A DNA stretch of 64,000 nucleotides from an uncultured bacterium. GTDB taxonomy: Bacteria > Babelota > Babeliae > Babelales > Babelaceae. The translations under genes were made by a program, and so were the position numbers. Position 1 is the stretch's first letter; the number at the start of each line of letters is the position of its first letter. The notes under the pieces were generated by a model that made no database searches, had not been told where the DNA came from, and saw only the letters and a list, made by a program, of their open reading frames with translations. Location: positions 960,001-1,024,000 of the forward strand of contig OY970332.1 in NCBI GenBank assembly GCA_963717435.1, given 5' to 3'. Positions 39,146 to 48,943 of the stretch are shown piece after piece.

Positions 39146-41711
39146 GTGAGCATGGATTCTTCCGGTCAAAAAGATAAGCTTTCAAAAGGTCCTGTTAGTT
39201 CTGTTAAACCCATAATGATTGAAGATGAATTAAAAACGTCGTTTCTTGATTATGCAATGTCGGTTGTTGTAAGCCGTGCAATTCCGGATGTGCGTGATGG
39301 TTTAAAGCCAGTGCATAGACGAGTTTTTTACTCTATGACCAATCTGGGTTTCATTATAACAAGCCATATCATAAATCAGTACGCGTTGTTGGTGAAGTTC
39401 TTGGTAAGTATCATCCGCATGGTGATCAAGCTGTTTATAATACCATGGTTGGTATGGTTCAAGATTTTTCAAAACGTTATCCATTATTAGATGGTCAGGG
39501 AAACTGGGGTTCTGTTGATGGTGATAATGCAGCTGCTATGCGTTACACCGAAGTCAGGATGGCAAAAATAACGCAAGAAATTTTGACTGATCTTGAAAAA
39601 GAAACTGTTGATTTTGTGCCGAACTTTGATGAATCAACGATAGAACCAGTAATTTTGCCAAGCAGATTACCAAATCTTTTAGTTAATGGTACATCTGGTA
39701 TAGCAGTTGGTATGGCAACATCTATTCCTCCACATAATTTAGGTGAAGTAATTGATGCTTGTTTATTGCTTTTGAAAAATGAAAATATATCTGATGAAGA
39801 ATTATTTGCTATAATTCCTGGCACCAGATTTTCCAACAGGTGGCATAATTTGTGGACGAGGTGGAATTGTAAAAGCATATAAAACAGGCCGTGGAAATTT
39901 AATATTACGTGGTGTTGTTGATATTGAAGAAACTAAAAAGGGCACTGCTATTATTATTACCGAGTTGCCATATCAAGTTAATAAAGCAGAGCTAATAATA
40001 AAAATTGCTGATCTAGTTAAAAATAAAATTATTGAAGGTATTTCAAACATTACGAGATGAATCAGATAAAAAAGGAATGAGAGTTGTTATTGACTTAAAG
40101 CGTGGTGAAATTCCTCAAGTTATTTTAAATCAACTTTATAAGCATACATCATTGCAAACATCAATTACGTATATTGATGCTTGCGTTTGCTTGATAATAG
40201 ACCAATGATATTTACTCTTACGAAATATGATAAGAGAATTTTTATTGCATCAGAGAAGAAGTTATATACTAAACGACGGAATTTGATTTGAAAAAAGCTC
40301 AACGCACGTGAACATATTCTTGCATGGTTTTATTATCGCTTTGAATAATATTGATGAAGTTGTTAATACTTATTAAAAATTCTCAAACTGCTGAAGAAGC
40401 AATAGCAAAATTAAATAAGAGATTTTAATTTAACTGCAGAACAGTGTAAAGCGATTCTTAGAAATGCGTCTTTCAAGATTGACAGGTCTTGAGCAAGAAA
40501 AAATTCATCAAGAGATTGAAGAAATTAAAAGTTAATTACTAAATTTAAAAGCTATTCTTGCAGATCAAGATTTATTACAAAAAGAAATCGTTAAAGAGCT
40601 TGAAGAAATTAAAGCAAAATTATGCTGATAAGCGTAAAACAAGAATTGAAGGTGCTATCGATATATTAAGTGAAGCGGATCTAATTCCTGATGAAGAAGT
40701 TGTTGTAACTTTGACAAGCAAGGGTTATATCAAACGTGTTCCACTTGAAACTTATGGTGTTCAGCATCGTGGTGGCAAAGGTAAGATGGGAATGGCGTCG
40801 TTAGATGAATCTGATGATATTATGCAGGATATATTTGTTGCAAAAAATCATGATGAATTATTATTCTTTACAAACTTGGGTCGTGTTTATAGCTTGTCAG
40901 TGTTCCAAGTTCCAGAAGGATCACGAACTGCCAAAGGACGAGCAATTGTAAATCTTGCTACCTTTGCAGAAGGTGAACATGTTGTTAAATTACTTTGTGT
41001 GACGGGATATTGAGGATAAATATCTTGGTTATGGTAACAAAAAAGGAATAATTAAAGAGAACCGAAGCGACTGAGTTTGCAAAAATTAGAAGTACAGGAA
41101 TTAGAGCTATTACTCTTAATGAAGGCGATGAACTTAGTCTTCTGCGCATTTAAGTTCCGGAAAAGATTCTATTGTTATTGCAACTGCACATGGACAAGGT
41201 ATTAGATTTAAAGAGACAGAAGTTCGATCAATGGGACGTCAAGCTGCCGGTGTTAGAGGTATTAAGCTTGAAAGAAAAAGATTATGTTGTTGGAATGGAA
41301 GTTGTTTCTGAAGAGAAAGATATTTTATTCGCAACAGAAAAAGGGTACGGTAAACGTGTTAAAGCCGTAGACTTCCGAGTTGCCCATCGCGGTGGAATTG
41401 GTGTTAGAACTATTCCTACCAATGACAGAAATGGAAAAGTTATTGGACTTGTTATCGTTGATGATAATACACATATTTTGCTTATAGATATCTCTGGTAA
41501 GATAATAAGACTTTCACCTAAAGAAGTAAGAACTATGGGAAGACAGGCACAAGGTGTTAGACTTATACGTCTTGATGCTGGCCAGTCTCTGGCTGCAGTT
41601 GCCGCAATCTCAGGAGGCTCTGAAATAGAGGCGACAGAACCTGAGGGTGCAGTAAATGCGACAACAGAAACTCAAGCAGAGCAACTAGCTGAGCAAGAAG
41701 AGCAAAAGTAG
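39146..41711 (+). pseudogene. gyrA: DNA gyrase subunit A with many frameshifts as sequenced (probably assembly errors)
   Basis: [43 protein letters not shown], GyrA-box QHRGGKG and pinwheel repeats spread over several frames. Confidence 0.9.
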
Positions 41712-41731
41712 TACGCAATAAACTGAACTTA

Positions 41732-41801
41732 TACACCCGAGACCCTTCGATACATTCTACTACGCCAAGGCTTCGTAGAACACTCAGGGCGAGCGGGTGT
41801 A
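41732..41801. repeat. REP-like palindrome, family B
   Basis: tacacccgagacccttcgatacattctactacgccaaggcttcgtagaacactcagggcgagcgggtgta. Confidence 0.85.
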
Positions 41802-41813
41802 AAATATAACAAC

Positions 41814-42989
41814 ATGATATTAGACAGCACGAGAAAAACAGTTTTGCATTTGAATTTGATCCAAGGGATTGGTCCGGCGACAATAGAGCGCCTGATACAG
41901 TCCCTTGGGGATTTTTCTATAGATTCTATACATAGTTTTTCGATATCAGATTTTGCAAATATATGTAAACTTTCTGAAAATTTGAGCCAGATTATTTATT
42001 CTGGATTAAGAGATGTAAAAATTCTTGATCAAGAGTTGAGTTTAATTGAAAAGCATAAAATTAAAATTATTTCTGTTTACGACCAAAATTACCCAATATT
42101 ATTAAAAAATACGTATCTGCCACCTGCGATTTTATATATCAGGGGAGCTGATCTAGAAACAGAAGGCTTAAATATTGCGCTTGTCGGTTCCCGTAAAGCT
42201 AATAATTATGGATATAGAGTTGTGAATATGCTGGTCCCAGATTTTGTGTCTAGAGATTTTACTATAGTTAGTGGCGGGGCGCTGGGTATAGATAGTATGG
42301 CCCACCAAAGTGCACTTAATAATTCAGGCAAAACTGTAGCGGTTATAGGCTCTGGATTATTAAAGCCGTATCCTGCAACTAATTTAAAACTTTTTGATGA
42401 AATTGTTCAAAAGAACGGCTCTGTTATAAGTCCCTTTCCATTAACATTTGCTGCTGCACCAGGAAATTTTCCGGCAAGAAACAGAATAATTTCTGGTCTA
42501 AGTCAGGTTTGTATTGTTGTCCAGGCTGCCATAAAAAGCGGCGCACTTATAACTGGCCATTATGCTATGGAGCAGGGGCGAGAGGTCTTTGCAGTGCCCG
42601 GGCATATTGACGACGAATTGAGTGGCGGTTGCCATAAGTTAATCTCCGAAGGGGCACATATATTTACGGCCACCCAGGACGTGTATAACTTGTTTGATAC
42701 TCGCGGACTGGCAAGTGATTTTGTTAAAAAATCGGACAATTTTGCTTTTATAGAAAAAAATATTTCTCAAAATATAAATACTATAAATACTGGGCAAAAA
42801 GAGATAAAATTTAGCCCAGAACTTAGTCTTGAAGAAAAAATAGTTAAATATTGCTCTTCGGGGGTCACTTTTGACGAACTTTTTTCAAATTTCTCTATGG
42901 AAATGGGTAAATTTCAAGAGTTGCTAATATCAATGCAAATAAACGGTCTAATTGACCAAGACTTTTCTGGTCTATGGAAAAGATCTTAA
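41814..42989 (+). CDS. dprA: DNA processing protein DprA
   Basis: IALVGSR, IVSGGALGID..AH, FPARNRIISGLS, SGALIT and GREVFAVPG. Confidence 0.95.
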   Translation: MILDSTRKTVLHLNLIQGIGPATIERLIQSLGDFSIDSIHSFSISDFANICKLSENLSQIIYSGLRDVKILDQELSLIEKHKIKIISVYDQNYPILLKNTYLPPAILYIRGADLETEGLNIALVGSRKANNYGYRVVNMLVPDFVSRDFTIVSGGALGIDSMAHQSALNNSGKTVAVIGSGLLKPYPATNLKLFDEIVQKNGSVISPFPLTFAAAPGNFPARNRIISGLSQVCIVVQAAIKSGALITGHYAMEQGREVFAVPGHIDDELSGGCHKLISEGAHIFTATQDVYNLFDTRGLASDFVKKSDNFAFIEKNISQNINTINTGQKEIKFSPELSLEEKIVKYCSSGVTFDELFSNFSMEMGKFQELLISMQINGLIDQDFSGLWKRS

Positions 42990-43093
42990 AGTTTACTTTT
43001 TTGCCTATAATTGTATAATAAAAATAAGATTTCTATAAAAAATAAGAAATTAATAGTTTTTAAATTTATCTTAAATATATCTTGGAGCATCAG

Positions 43094-43372
43094 ATGCCAG
43101 TACCTAAACGTAAGACGTCCAAGCGACGCAGAGATCAAAGATCGGCCAATAAAGGAATAAAAGCCAAAGCATTTACAGAGTGCGCGAGCTGCCAACATCC
43201 TATTACACCTCACACACTATGTTCAAACTGTGGAAGTTACAAGGGTAAAAAGATCGTTGTTACAAAAGTTGAGCGTATGATTAAGCGTGGCGAGGCTCGT
43301 CAGGCTAAAGCTAAGTTGGCTCAAGAAAAACATGAAGGTCATGAGCACTCACAAGCAGAAAACAAAGAGTAA
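43094..43372 (+). CDS. rpmF: 50S ribosomal protein L32 with C-terminal extension
   Basis: MPVPKRKTSKRRRDQR and CxxC...PH..CxxCG.Y. Confidence 0.95.
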   Translation: MPVPKRKTSKRRRDQRSANKGIKAKAFTECASCQHPITPHTLCSNCGSYKGKKIVVTKVERMIKRGEARQAKAKLAQEKHEGHEHSQAENKE

Positions 43373-43417
43373 TTTTGTGATTGCAATTTATAATTTGAAA
43401 CATAAATTTTAATTTTG

Positions 43418-43453
43418 TGGCGGGTTAATTTACAAATTAACCCGCCATTTTTT
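43418..43453 (+). terminator. terminator after rpmF
   Basis: tggcgggttaattt-ac-aaattaacccgcca followed by T6. Confidence 0.8.
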
Positions 43454-43465
43454 AAGGGTAGTGAT

Positions 43466-44119
43466 ATGACATTTTTATCAGAAATTAGATACTATTTAAA
43501 TAATAAATATTTAACATCAAGAAATTTATTAATATTATTGGGCGCCGCGGGTCTTATTTGTGCAATAGTTTTTGGCTATAGTTTTTACTCTAGAAACTAT
43601 AATCAAAAAGCTTTTGCTATGTTCTCTGAATCTATTGCTGAATATAATAAAGCCATGTCTACTGGCAACTCGCAAGATTTTGTAAACGCTGAACGTGCGT
43701 TTGCTGCAAGTTATAAAGCTTATAGTAGGGCGACAATTTCTCCATTTATGTTGGCTTATCAAGCTGATTCTGCTTTAAAATCTGGAAATTTTGACAGTGC
43801 TTTAGATCTTATGAAAAAAGCTGTAGATTCTATCGAAGTAAGTTCACCCGTTTATTATCTTTATGCAACCAAGCTTGCTTTAATGCAATTAGATTCTAAA
43901 GACGAATCTGTTAAAAATTTGGGTAAAGAGCTTCTTGAAAAATATGCAAAAACTTTTAATAACCCATACAAAGATATGGCTGCTTATTATCTTGGTTATC
44001 AAGCCTGGGTTGTGGGTGATTTTGAATTGGCAAAAAGAAACTGGCAGATTTTATCACAAGCAGGTAACGATTCGATTTGGGCCGCGCTTGCGGGTTCAAA
44101 ACTTGAATTAGTAAGTTAA
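43466..44119 (+). CDS. membrane-anchored TPR-like protein (YfgM-like)
   Basis: One N-terminal TM then Ala/Leu/Tyr-rich helical repeats; start moved to ATG 43466, after the terminator. Confidence 0.65.
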   Translation: MTFLSEIRYYLNNKYLTSRNLLILLGAAGLICAIVFGYSFYSRNYNQKAFAMFSESIAEYNKAMSTGNSQDFVNAERAFAASYKAYSRATISPFMLAYQADSALKSGNFDSALDLMKKAVDSIEVSSPVYYLYATKLALMQLDSKDESVKNLGKELLEKYAKTFNNPYKDMAAYYLGYQAWVVGDFELAKRNWQILSQAGNDSIWAALAGSKLELVS

Positions 44120-44163
44120 TAAATTAATAAAAAATAATACTGGAATTAAGTGGGAATTAATAA

Positions 44164-45576
44164 ATGAACGATATACGGGTCAGATTTGCGCCGTCTCCTA
44201 CTGGTCACTTGCATATTGGGGGCCTGCGAGCAGCACTTTTTAATTGGCTGTTTGCACGTCACACCGGCGGAAAGTTTTTGCTTAGAATAGAAGATACTGA
44301 TCTTGAACGATCCACGCCTGAATATACTGACTCTATATTAAACTCTCTTAAATGGGCTCAGATAGATTATGACGAGCCGGTTGTCATACAATCAACACGA
44401 ATAAAACAGCACCAAGAAATTGCTGCTCATATGCTAAAAAACGGGACAGCCTACAGGTGTATTTGTACTCCCGAAGAACTTGAAAGACGCCTTGGTAAAA
44501 ATTCTGACCAAGAGGGATATGCACAGTATGACATGCTTTGTCGTGATAAAAACTATCAAGAAGATTTAGAAATCCCATTTGTTGTTAGATTCAAGCGTCC
44601 GTTAGATTTAAAATATATAGAATTTGATGACATTATTCGTGGCCACATGAAATTTGACATGGACCAGCTTGATGATTTTATTTTATTAAGATCAGGCGGT
44701 TTTCCCATGTATAATTTTGTTGTTGTTGTTGACGATCACTTCATGAGAATTTCCCATGTTATTCGCGGCGAAGAGCATTTGGGAAATACTCCAAAACAGA
44801 TATTAATTTATCGAGCTTGCAATTTCCCGGTTCCAACTTTCGCTCACTTGCCATTAATTTTAGGGCCCGATGGCAAAAAACTAAGTAAAAGAGATGCGGC
44901 AACTTCTGTGTTAGATTATAAAAAAACAGGATTTTTGCCCCAGGCACTTTGTAACTATCTAGCCCGTCTTGGTTGGTCCCATGGTGATAAAGAAATATTC
45001 TCGACTCCTGAGTTAATTAAAGATTTTTCTTTAGAGCATGTTCACAAAAAGGGCGCAATATTTGATATTAAAAAGCTTGAATGGGTAAACACTGTTTATA
45101 TAAAAGCAACTACCGCGCAAGATTTGCTTAATATAATTTTAGATAATTTTGATGGTGATTTAATAGAAAATTTATCAGATTGGTCCCCGGGCCAGATTTT
45201 GTCGATTATAGACTTATATAAAACCAGATCAAAGACAGTATCAGAACTTTATCAGCAAGTAGTTGAGCTTTATAATTTTGATCAAAATTATAGTCAAGAG
45301 ATAGAGCAATATAAAAACAGTAAAACTATAGAGCTTTTATCTGAATTTGAGAAAGCTCTTGAAAATTTGCAAGAGATTACATTAGACTCAGTTTCGGTAC
45401 TTGTGAAAAACTTTTGCGCATCCCATTCGGTTGAATTTGCTTCTGTGGCAAAACCGGTCAGAATAGCTTTAACAGGAAAAACTACCGCCCCAGGAATTCA
45501 CGAGCTTGTAGTAAATTTAACCAAGCAAGAAAGTTTGGAACGATTACGTAAGTTTTTGAAATATTTAAAAAGCTAA
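44164..45576 (+). CDS. gltX: glutamate--tRNA ligase
   Basis: RFAPSPTGHLHIGG, LRIEDTD and KKLSKR. Confidence 0.97.
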   Translation: MNDIRVRFAPSPTGHLHIGGLRAALFNWLFARHTGGKFLLRIEDTDLERSTPEYTDSILNSLKWAQIDYDEPVVIQSTRIKQHQEIAAHMLKNGTAYRCICTPEELERRLGKNSDQEGYAQYDMLCRDKNYQEDLEIPFVVRFKRPLDLKYIEFDDIIRGHMKFDMDQLDDFILLRSGGFPMYNFVVVVDDHFMRISHVIRGEEHLGNTPKQILIYRACNFPVPTFAHLPLILGPDGKKLSKRDAATSVLDYKKTGFLPQALCNYLARLGWSHGDKEIFSTPELIKDFSLEHVHKKGAIFDIKKLEWVNTVYIKATTAQDLLNIILDNFDGDLIENLSDWSPGQILSIIDLYKTRSKTVSELYQQVVELYNFDQNYSQEIEQYKNSKTIELLSEFEKALENLQEITLDSVSVLVKNFCASHSVEFASVAKPVRIALTGKTTAPGIHELVVNLTKQESLERLRKFLKYLKS

Positions 45577-45614
45577 ATAAGCTAATATATAATATATTTT
45601 AGGGGGTAGTAATT

Positions 45615-46550
45615 ATGAAAGTAGGGGTGCTTTTCTCTGGCTATGGTACCCAGTTTGTTGGGATGGGCAAAGAGATTTATGACACGTCTCGTATTGTTCA
45701 AGAATATTTTGAAGAAGCATCTAATTGCGCCAATATTAATTTTGTAAAACTCTGTTTTGCATCGTCTGATGCTGAACTTGCTGTAATCCAAAATGCATAC
45801 TTGGCTCTTTTTTTGACCGAAGTTTCAATTGCGTCTGCGATTAAAGAAATCGGCTTTGAGTTTGAAAAAGTTGCTGGTTACGGCGTGGGTGAATTTGCAG
45901 CTATATGTGTCTCTAAAGGCATAAGCTTTCCCGATGGAATATACTTACTCACAAAAATTAGTCAGTTATATTCTGAGTTAATATCTGTTATCGATTTAAA
46001 ATCTATTTTAATTTCCGGTCCAACTTTAAAAGAACTAAAAGCTATTATTACTGAAGCTGATCCTGAAAATAATTTGGCGCAGATAGTTAGCTTTAATGGC
46101 CCAACAGAATTTGTTGTTACTAGTGATAAATTAACTATCGATAAAATTATTATAGAAGCTAAGAAGAAACGGGCAAAAATTACTAATCTTTCTACAGACT
46201 CTGGGTTATATTCAAATTTTGCCGAGCCTATAGTACAGTCCATTACTATGTATCTGGAAAAAATAGACTTTAAAGACACAGTAAATAATATTGTTTTTGG
46301 TCTTGACGGTAAATCTGCGACTGATGCAAAGCAGATAAAAAAGCGTGTAATAAAGCAACTCGTTAACCCTATTTTGTGGGATAAAGTTTTGGCGCAGTTT
46401 TCTGATTGTGATATGATATTAATCCCAAGTCCTGGAAAAGAATTAACACAAAAAGTTCAGGATTATTATCCTGATAAAAAAGTTGTCTTGGTTTCTGAAC
46501 CACAGGATCTTGATAATTTAAAGATTTTGTTTGAAGAAAATAAGCAGTAA
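45615..46550 (+). CDS. FabD-like malonyl-CoA:ACP transacylase homolog with a degenerate active site
   Basis: LFSGYGTQFVGMGK, AGYGVGEFAA (vs GHSLGE) and QLVNPILW; adjacent to acpP. Confidence 0.8.
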   Translation: MKVGVLFSGYGTQFVGMGKEIYDTSRIVQEYFEEASNCANINFVKLCFASSDAELAVIQNAYLALFLTEVSIASAIKEIGFEFEKVAGYGVGEFAAICVSKGISFPDGIYLLTKISQLYSELISVIDLKSILISGPTLKELKAIITEADPENNLAQIVSFNGPTEFVVTSDKLTIDKIIIEAKKKRAKITNLSTDSGLYSNFAEPIVQSITMYLEKIDFKDTVNNIVFGLDGKSATDAKQIKKRVIKQLVNPILWDKVLAQFSDCDMILIPSPGKELTQKVQDYYPDKKVVLVSEPQDLDNLKILFEENKQ

Positions 46551-46588
46551 TTTAAAATAAATTAAAAATTAAGATTGGAAAAATTATA

Positions 46589-46834
46589 ATGTCATTTGAT
46601 AGAGCCAGTACAGCAGAAAAAGTAATATCTATAATTGCCCAACAGTTAAATGTCGACAAGTCTACAATTTCAGAAGACGCTACCCTGACAAGTCTGGGCG
46701 CTGATTCACTTGACCGTGTTGAAATTGTCATGAAGCTTGAAGAAGATTTTTCTATCGAGATAGATGACGACGCAGCTGACAAAATCACAACAGTTGGCCA
46801 GGCGATCGATTATATTAATAATCTAAGAAAATAA
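46589..46834 (+). CDS. acpP: acyl carrier protein
   Basis: LGADSLDRVEIVMKLEEDF. Confidence 0.96.
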   Translation: MSFDRASTAEKVISIIAQQLNVDKSTISEDATLTSLGADSLDRVEIVMKLEEDFSIEIDDDAADKITTVGQAIDYINNLRK

Positions 46835-46835
46835 C

Positions 46836-48752
46836 TTAAAAATTTAATCCGGTTTTGACCATCAGGCTCCATTTAGAGAGCCCGGCATAATGGCAATCTT
46901 TTCCGGTTTGTGCAAATTCAGCACTTAATCCCAGACCCAAATACGGGCTCCAGCAGTTATCCCATTCATGACTTGCATGAATAAAAAATTTCTGAATAAT
47001 TTGCGCGTTAACGAGTCCTGATTCTTTATTTAAAATAGAGTTGTTAATATTGGTGATAATAACAGGCGGCACAGACTGCTGAGCAACAATAATACCACTT
47101 GGGTTAGCAACTCCAGTATTATTTATATATGTTGACCCGATCTGTCTTGTACTGTTCCAAGTTAGGCACACAGTCGCAGAGCCATCTAATGGCAGCGGGG
47201 TGGTTTCTTGTGGCACAGGGTTATCGTCAAGATTTGAGCCAAGAACCGCGCACATAGAGGCGTTACTTTGAGTGCAGTTTAAAATTTGTGCTGAATTTTG
47301 TGGGGATACCAAAGTTCTTGTGGGAAAAGTTGTTGTTATATTATAACTGCTACAGCAGACGCCTTCTGTGCCCTTAAATCCAAAATATCGTCCATCAAAA
47401 GTTGTGTTAGAACTGCAGCAACTAGAATCTGGTTGGCAACAAGAGTTATTTATAAAGTTCCCCTTCTCTTTTGATTTTGCATAAAAGTTATAACCAACAT
47501 CAAATGTCCAGTTCTCATGATGACAGCTGAATTTTAAATTTGCATCACATTCTATATTAAGTTTTATATTGATTTTGCGAGTAGTAAAATTAACTGCACT
47601 TATAATATTTCCTGTAGAGCTATAAACTTCTCCGTTAGACGTAAATTCTGTTAATAGCATGTATCTGGATAAATTATTATTGCAGCAGATATTATTGCTA
47701 TTAGATTTTACAAAATCGAAAGTTCTCAGCTGCGTATCACTTAAAAAGTGTAATAAATTTGCTTCAAAATATACCCCCCACCACTGACAAGCATCTTCAA
47801 AAAACTTATGATGCGCCGTTATTCCGCCGCCGAGCTTCCAATGATGATCGCCAATTACTGGCGAGAATACATAAAATGGGTTAGGTCTTTTATTTGTTGG
47901 TGCAACAAGTTGCCCAAATATGCCCAGATGATTACAGTCCGTTCTGAAAAAGTCATAGCCAACTATTACGTCGATATCTGCAAGTTCTAATTTTTGTATG
48001 GGGCAAAATCTGAATTTGCCAAAGGCCCAGCCGTCCGTAAAATTTGTAACACCTGAAAGTGCATCAACTATATTTGTTGTTGGTAATACTGTGCCCGTTG
48101 CCATATAACATGGCGGGAAGGGGGTTGTGTCCAAAGTTGTTGCAGTTAATAGTGAGCATGGCGAGCATTTGTTGCTAAAAAGATCCCAACTTGAATATGT
48201 TAGCGGCGAATTAATTTTTAAATATAATCCACTAACGTATTTATCGAGCCCCAAGTAAAATTCTAGATCCCAAATAAAATTTTGTATCACGGGTTTTAAA
48301 TTTACCTGAGTATTGCTGTTTATAGATAGCCCAAAATAGTCTGCAATTAAATCACAGCAGCCTGCAGTGCCCGAATTACTTCTGCTTTGAACTTGTGAGC
48401 CAACAAAGTTTAAAGTATCTGTTCCAAATAAACTTTTTGCTATATTTTTGCCATCAAACGATCGTTCATATTGGAAAACAAAAGATCCGACAATTAAATT
48501 ATTACAATTCTGCTCTGCATGAATTCTGTCGTCCACAGCAAAAGTCTCCCGTTCTAAGTTTGATCCTACTGATCTTGGGATAAATATAGACTTTGTTATG
48601 CATCCAGAATTACATGAGTTATTGCACGATTTATTACCCGCAAAAATTGGGGGAATATTTATAGTAAATAAAATAAAAAAAGACAAAAATAAAAGCTTTG
48701 ATGAAAAATTTAATAAAAACTTTGGTAAAAAATTAAACTGCTTGCGTACCAT
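46836..48752 (-). CDS. Cys-rich putative outer-membrane protein, paralog 4
   Basis: Signal peptide, family motifs (LNFVGSQV, LIADYFGL, WAFGKF, SRYMLL, GFKGTEG), C-terminal Phe. Confidence 0.75.
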   Translation of the reverse strand: MVRKQFNFLPKFLLNFSSKLLFLSFFILFTINIPPIFAGNKSCNNSCNSGCITKSIFIPRSVGSNLERETFAVDDRIHAEQNCNNLIVGSFVFQYERSFDGKNIAKSLFGTDTLNFVGSQVQSRSNSGTAGCCDLIADYFGLSINSNTQVNLKPVIQNFIWDLEFYLGLDKYVSGLYLKINSPLTYSSWDLFSNKCSPCSLLTATTLDTTPFPPCYMATGTVLPTTNIVDALSGVTNFTDGWAFGKFRFCPIQKLELADIDVIVGYDFFRTDCNHLGIFGQLVAPTNKRPNPFYVFSPVIGDHHWKLGGGITAHHKFFEDACQWWGVYFEANLLHFLSDTQLRTFDFVKSNSNNICCNNNLSRYMLLTEFTSNGEVYSSTGNIISAVNFTTRKINIKLNIECDANLKFSCHHENWTFDVGYNFYAKSKEKGNFINNSCCQPDSSCCSSNTTFDGRYFGFKGTEGVCCSSYNITTTFPTRTLVSPQNSAQILNCTQSNASMCAVLGSNLDDNPVPQETTPLPLDGSATVCLTWNSTRQIGSTYINNTGVANPSGIIVAQQSVPPVIITNINNSILNKESGLVNAQIIQKFFIHASHEWDNCWSPYLGLGLSAEFAQTGKDCHYAGLSKWSLMVKTGLNF

Positions 48753-48790
48753 GATCCGCGATCTCCTTTTTTATAGGTCCGGTTACTAAG

Positions 48791-48819
48791 ACTCTATAAT
48801 CAATCGCAGTTAATTTCAA
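48791..48819 (-). promoter_or_regulatory. putative promoter of paralog 4
   Basis: TTGAAA-17bp-TAGAGT on the minus strand. Confidence 0.45.
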
Positions 48820-48849
48820 TAGTTAAATTTTAAGTTAAATTTTGTGAAC

Positions 48850-48883
48850 AAAAAAAACTGGGAGCTCCGAAGAGCTCCCAGTT
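48850..48883 (-). terminator. terminator of paralog 3
   Basis: aactgggagctc/gagctcccagtt stem with a T run on the minus strand. Confidence 0.85.
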
Positions 48884-48943
48884 AATTTGTGTAAGGCTAT
48901 CACTAACTAATTTAGTAAAGTGATTTAGCAAAAATGGGATGGT

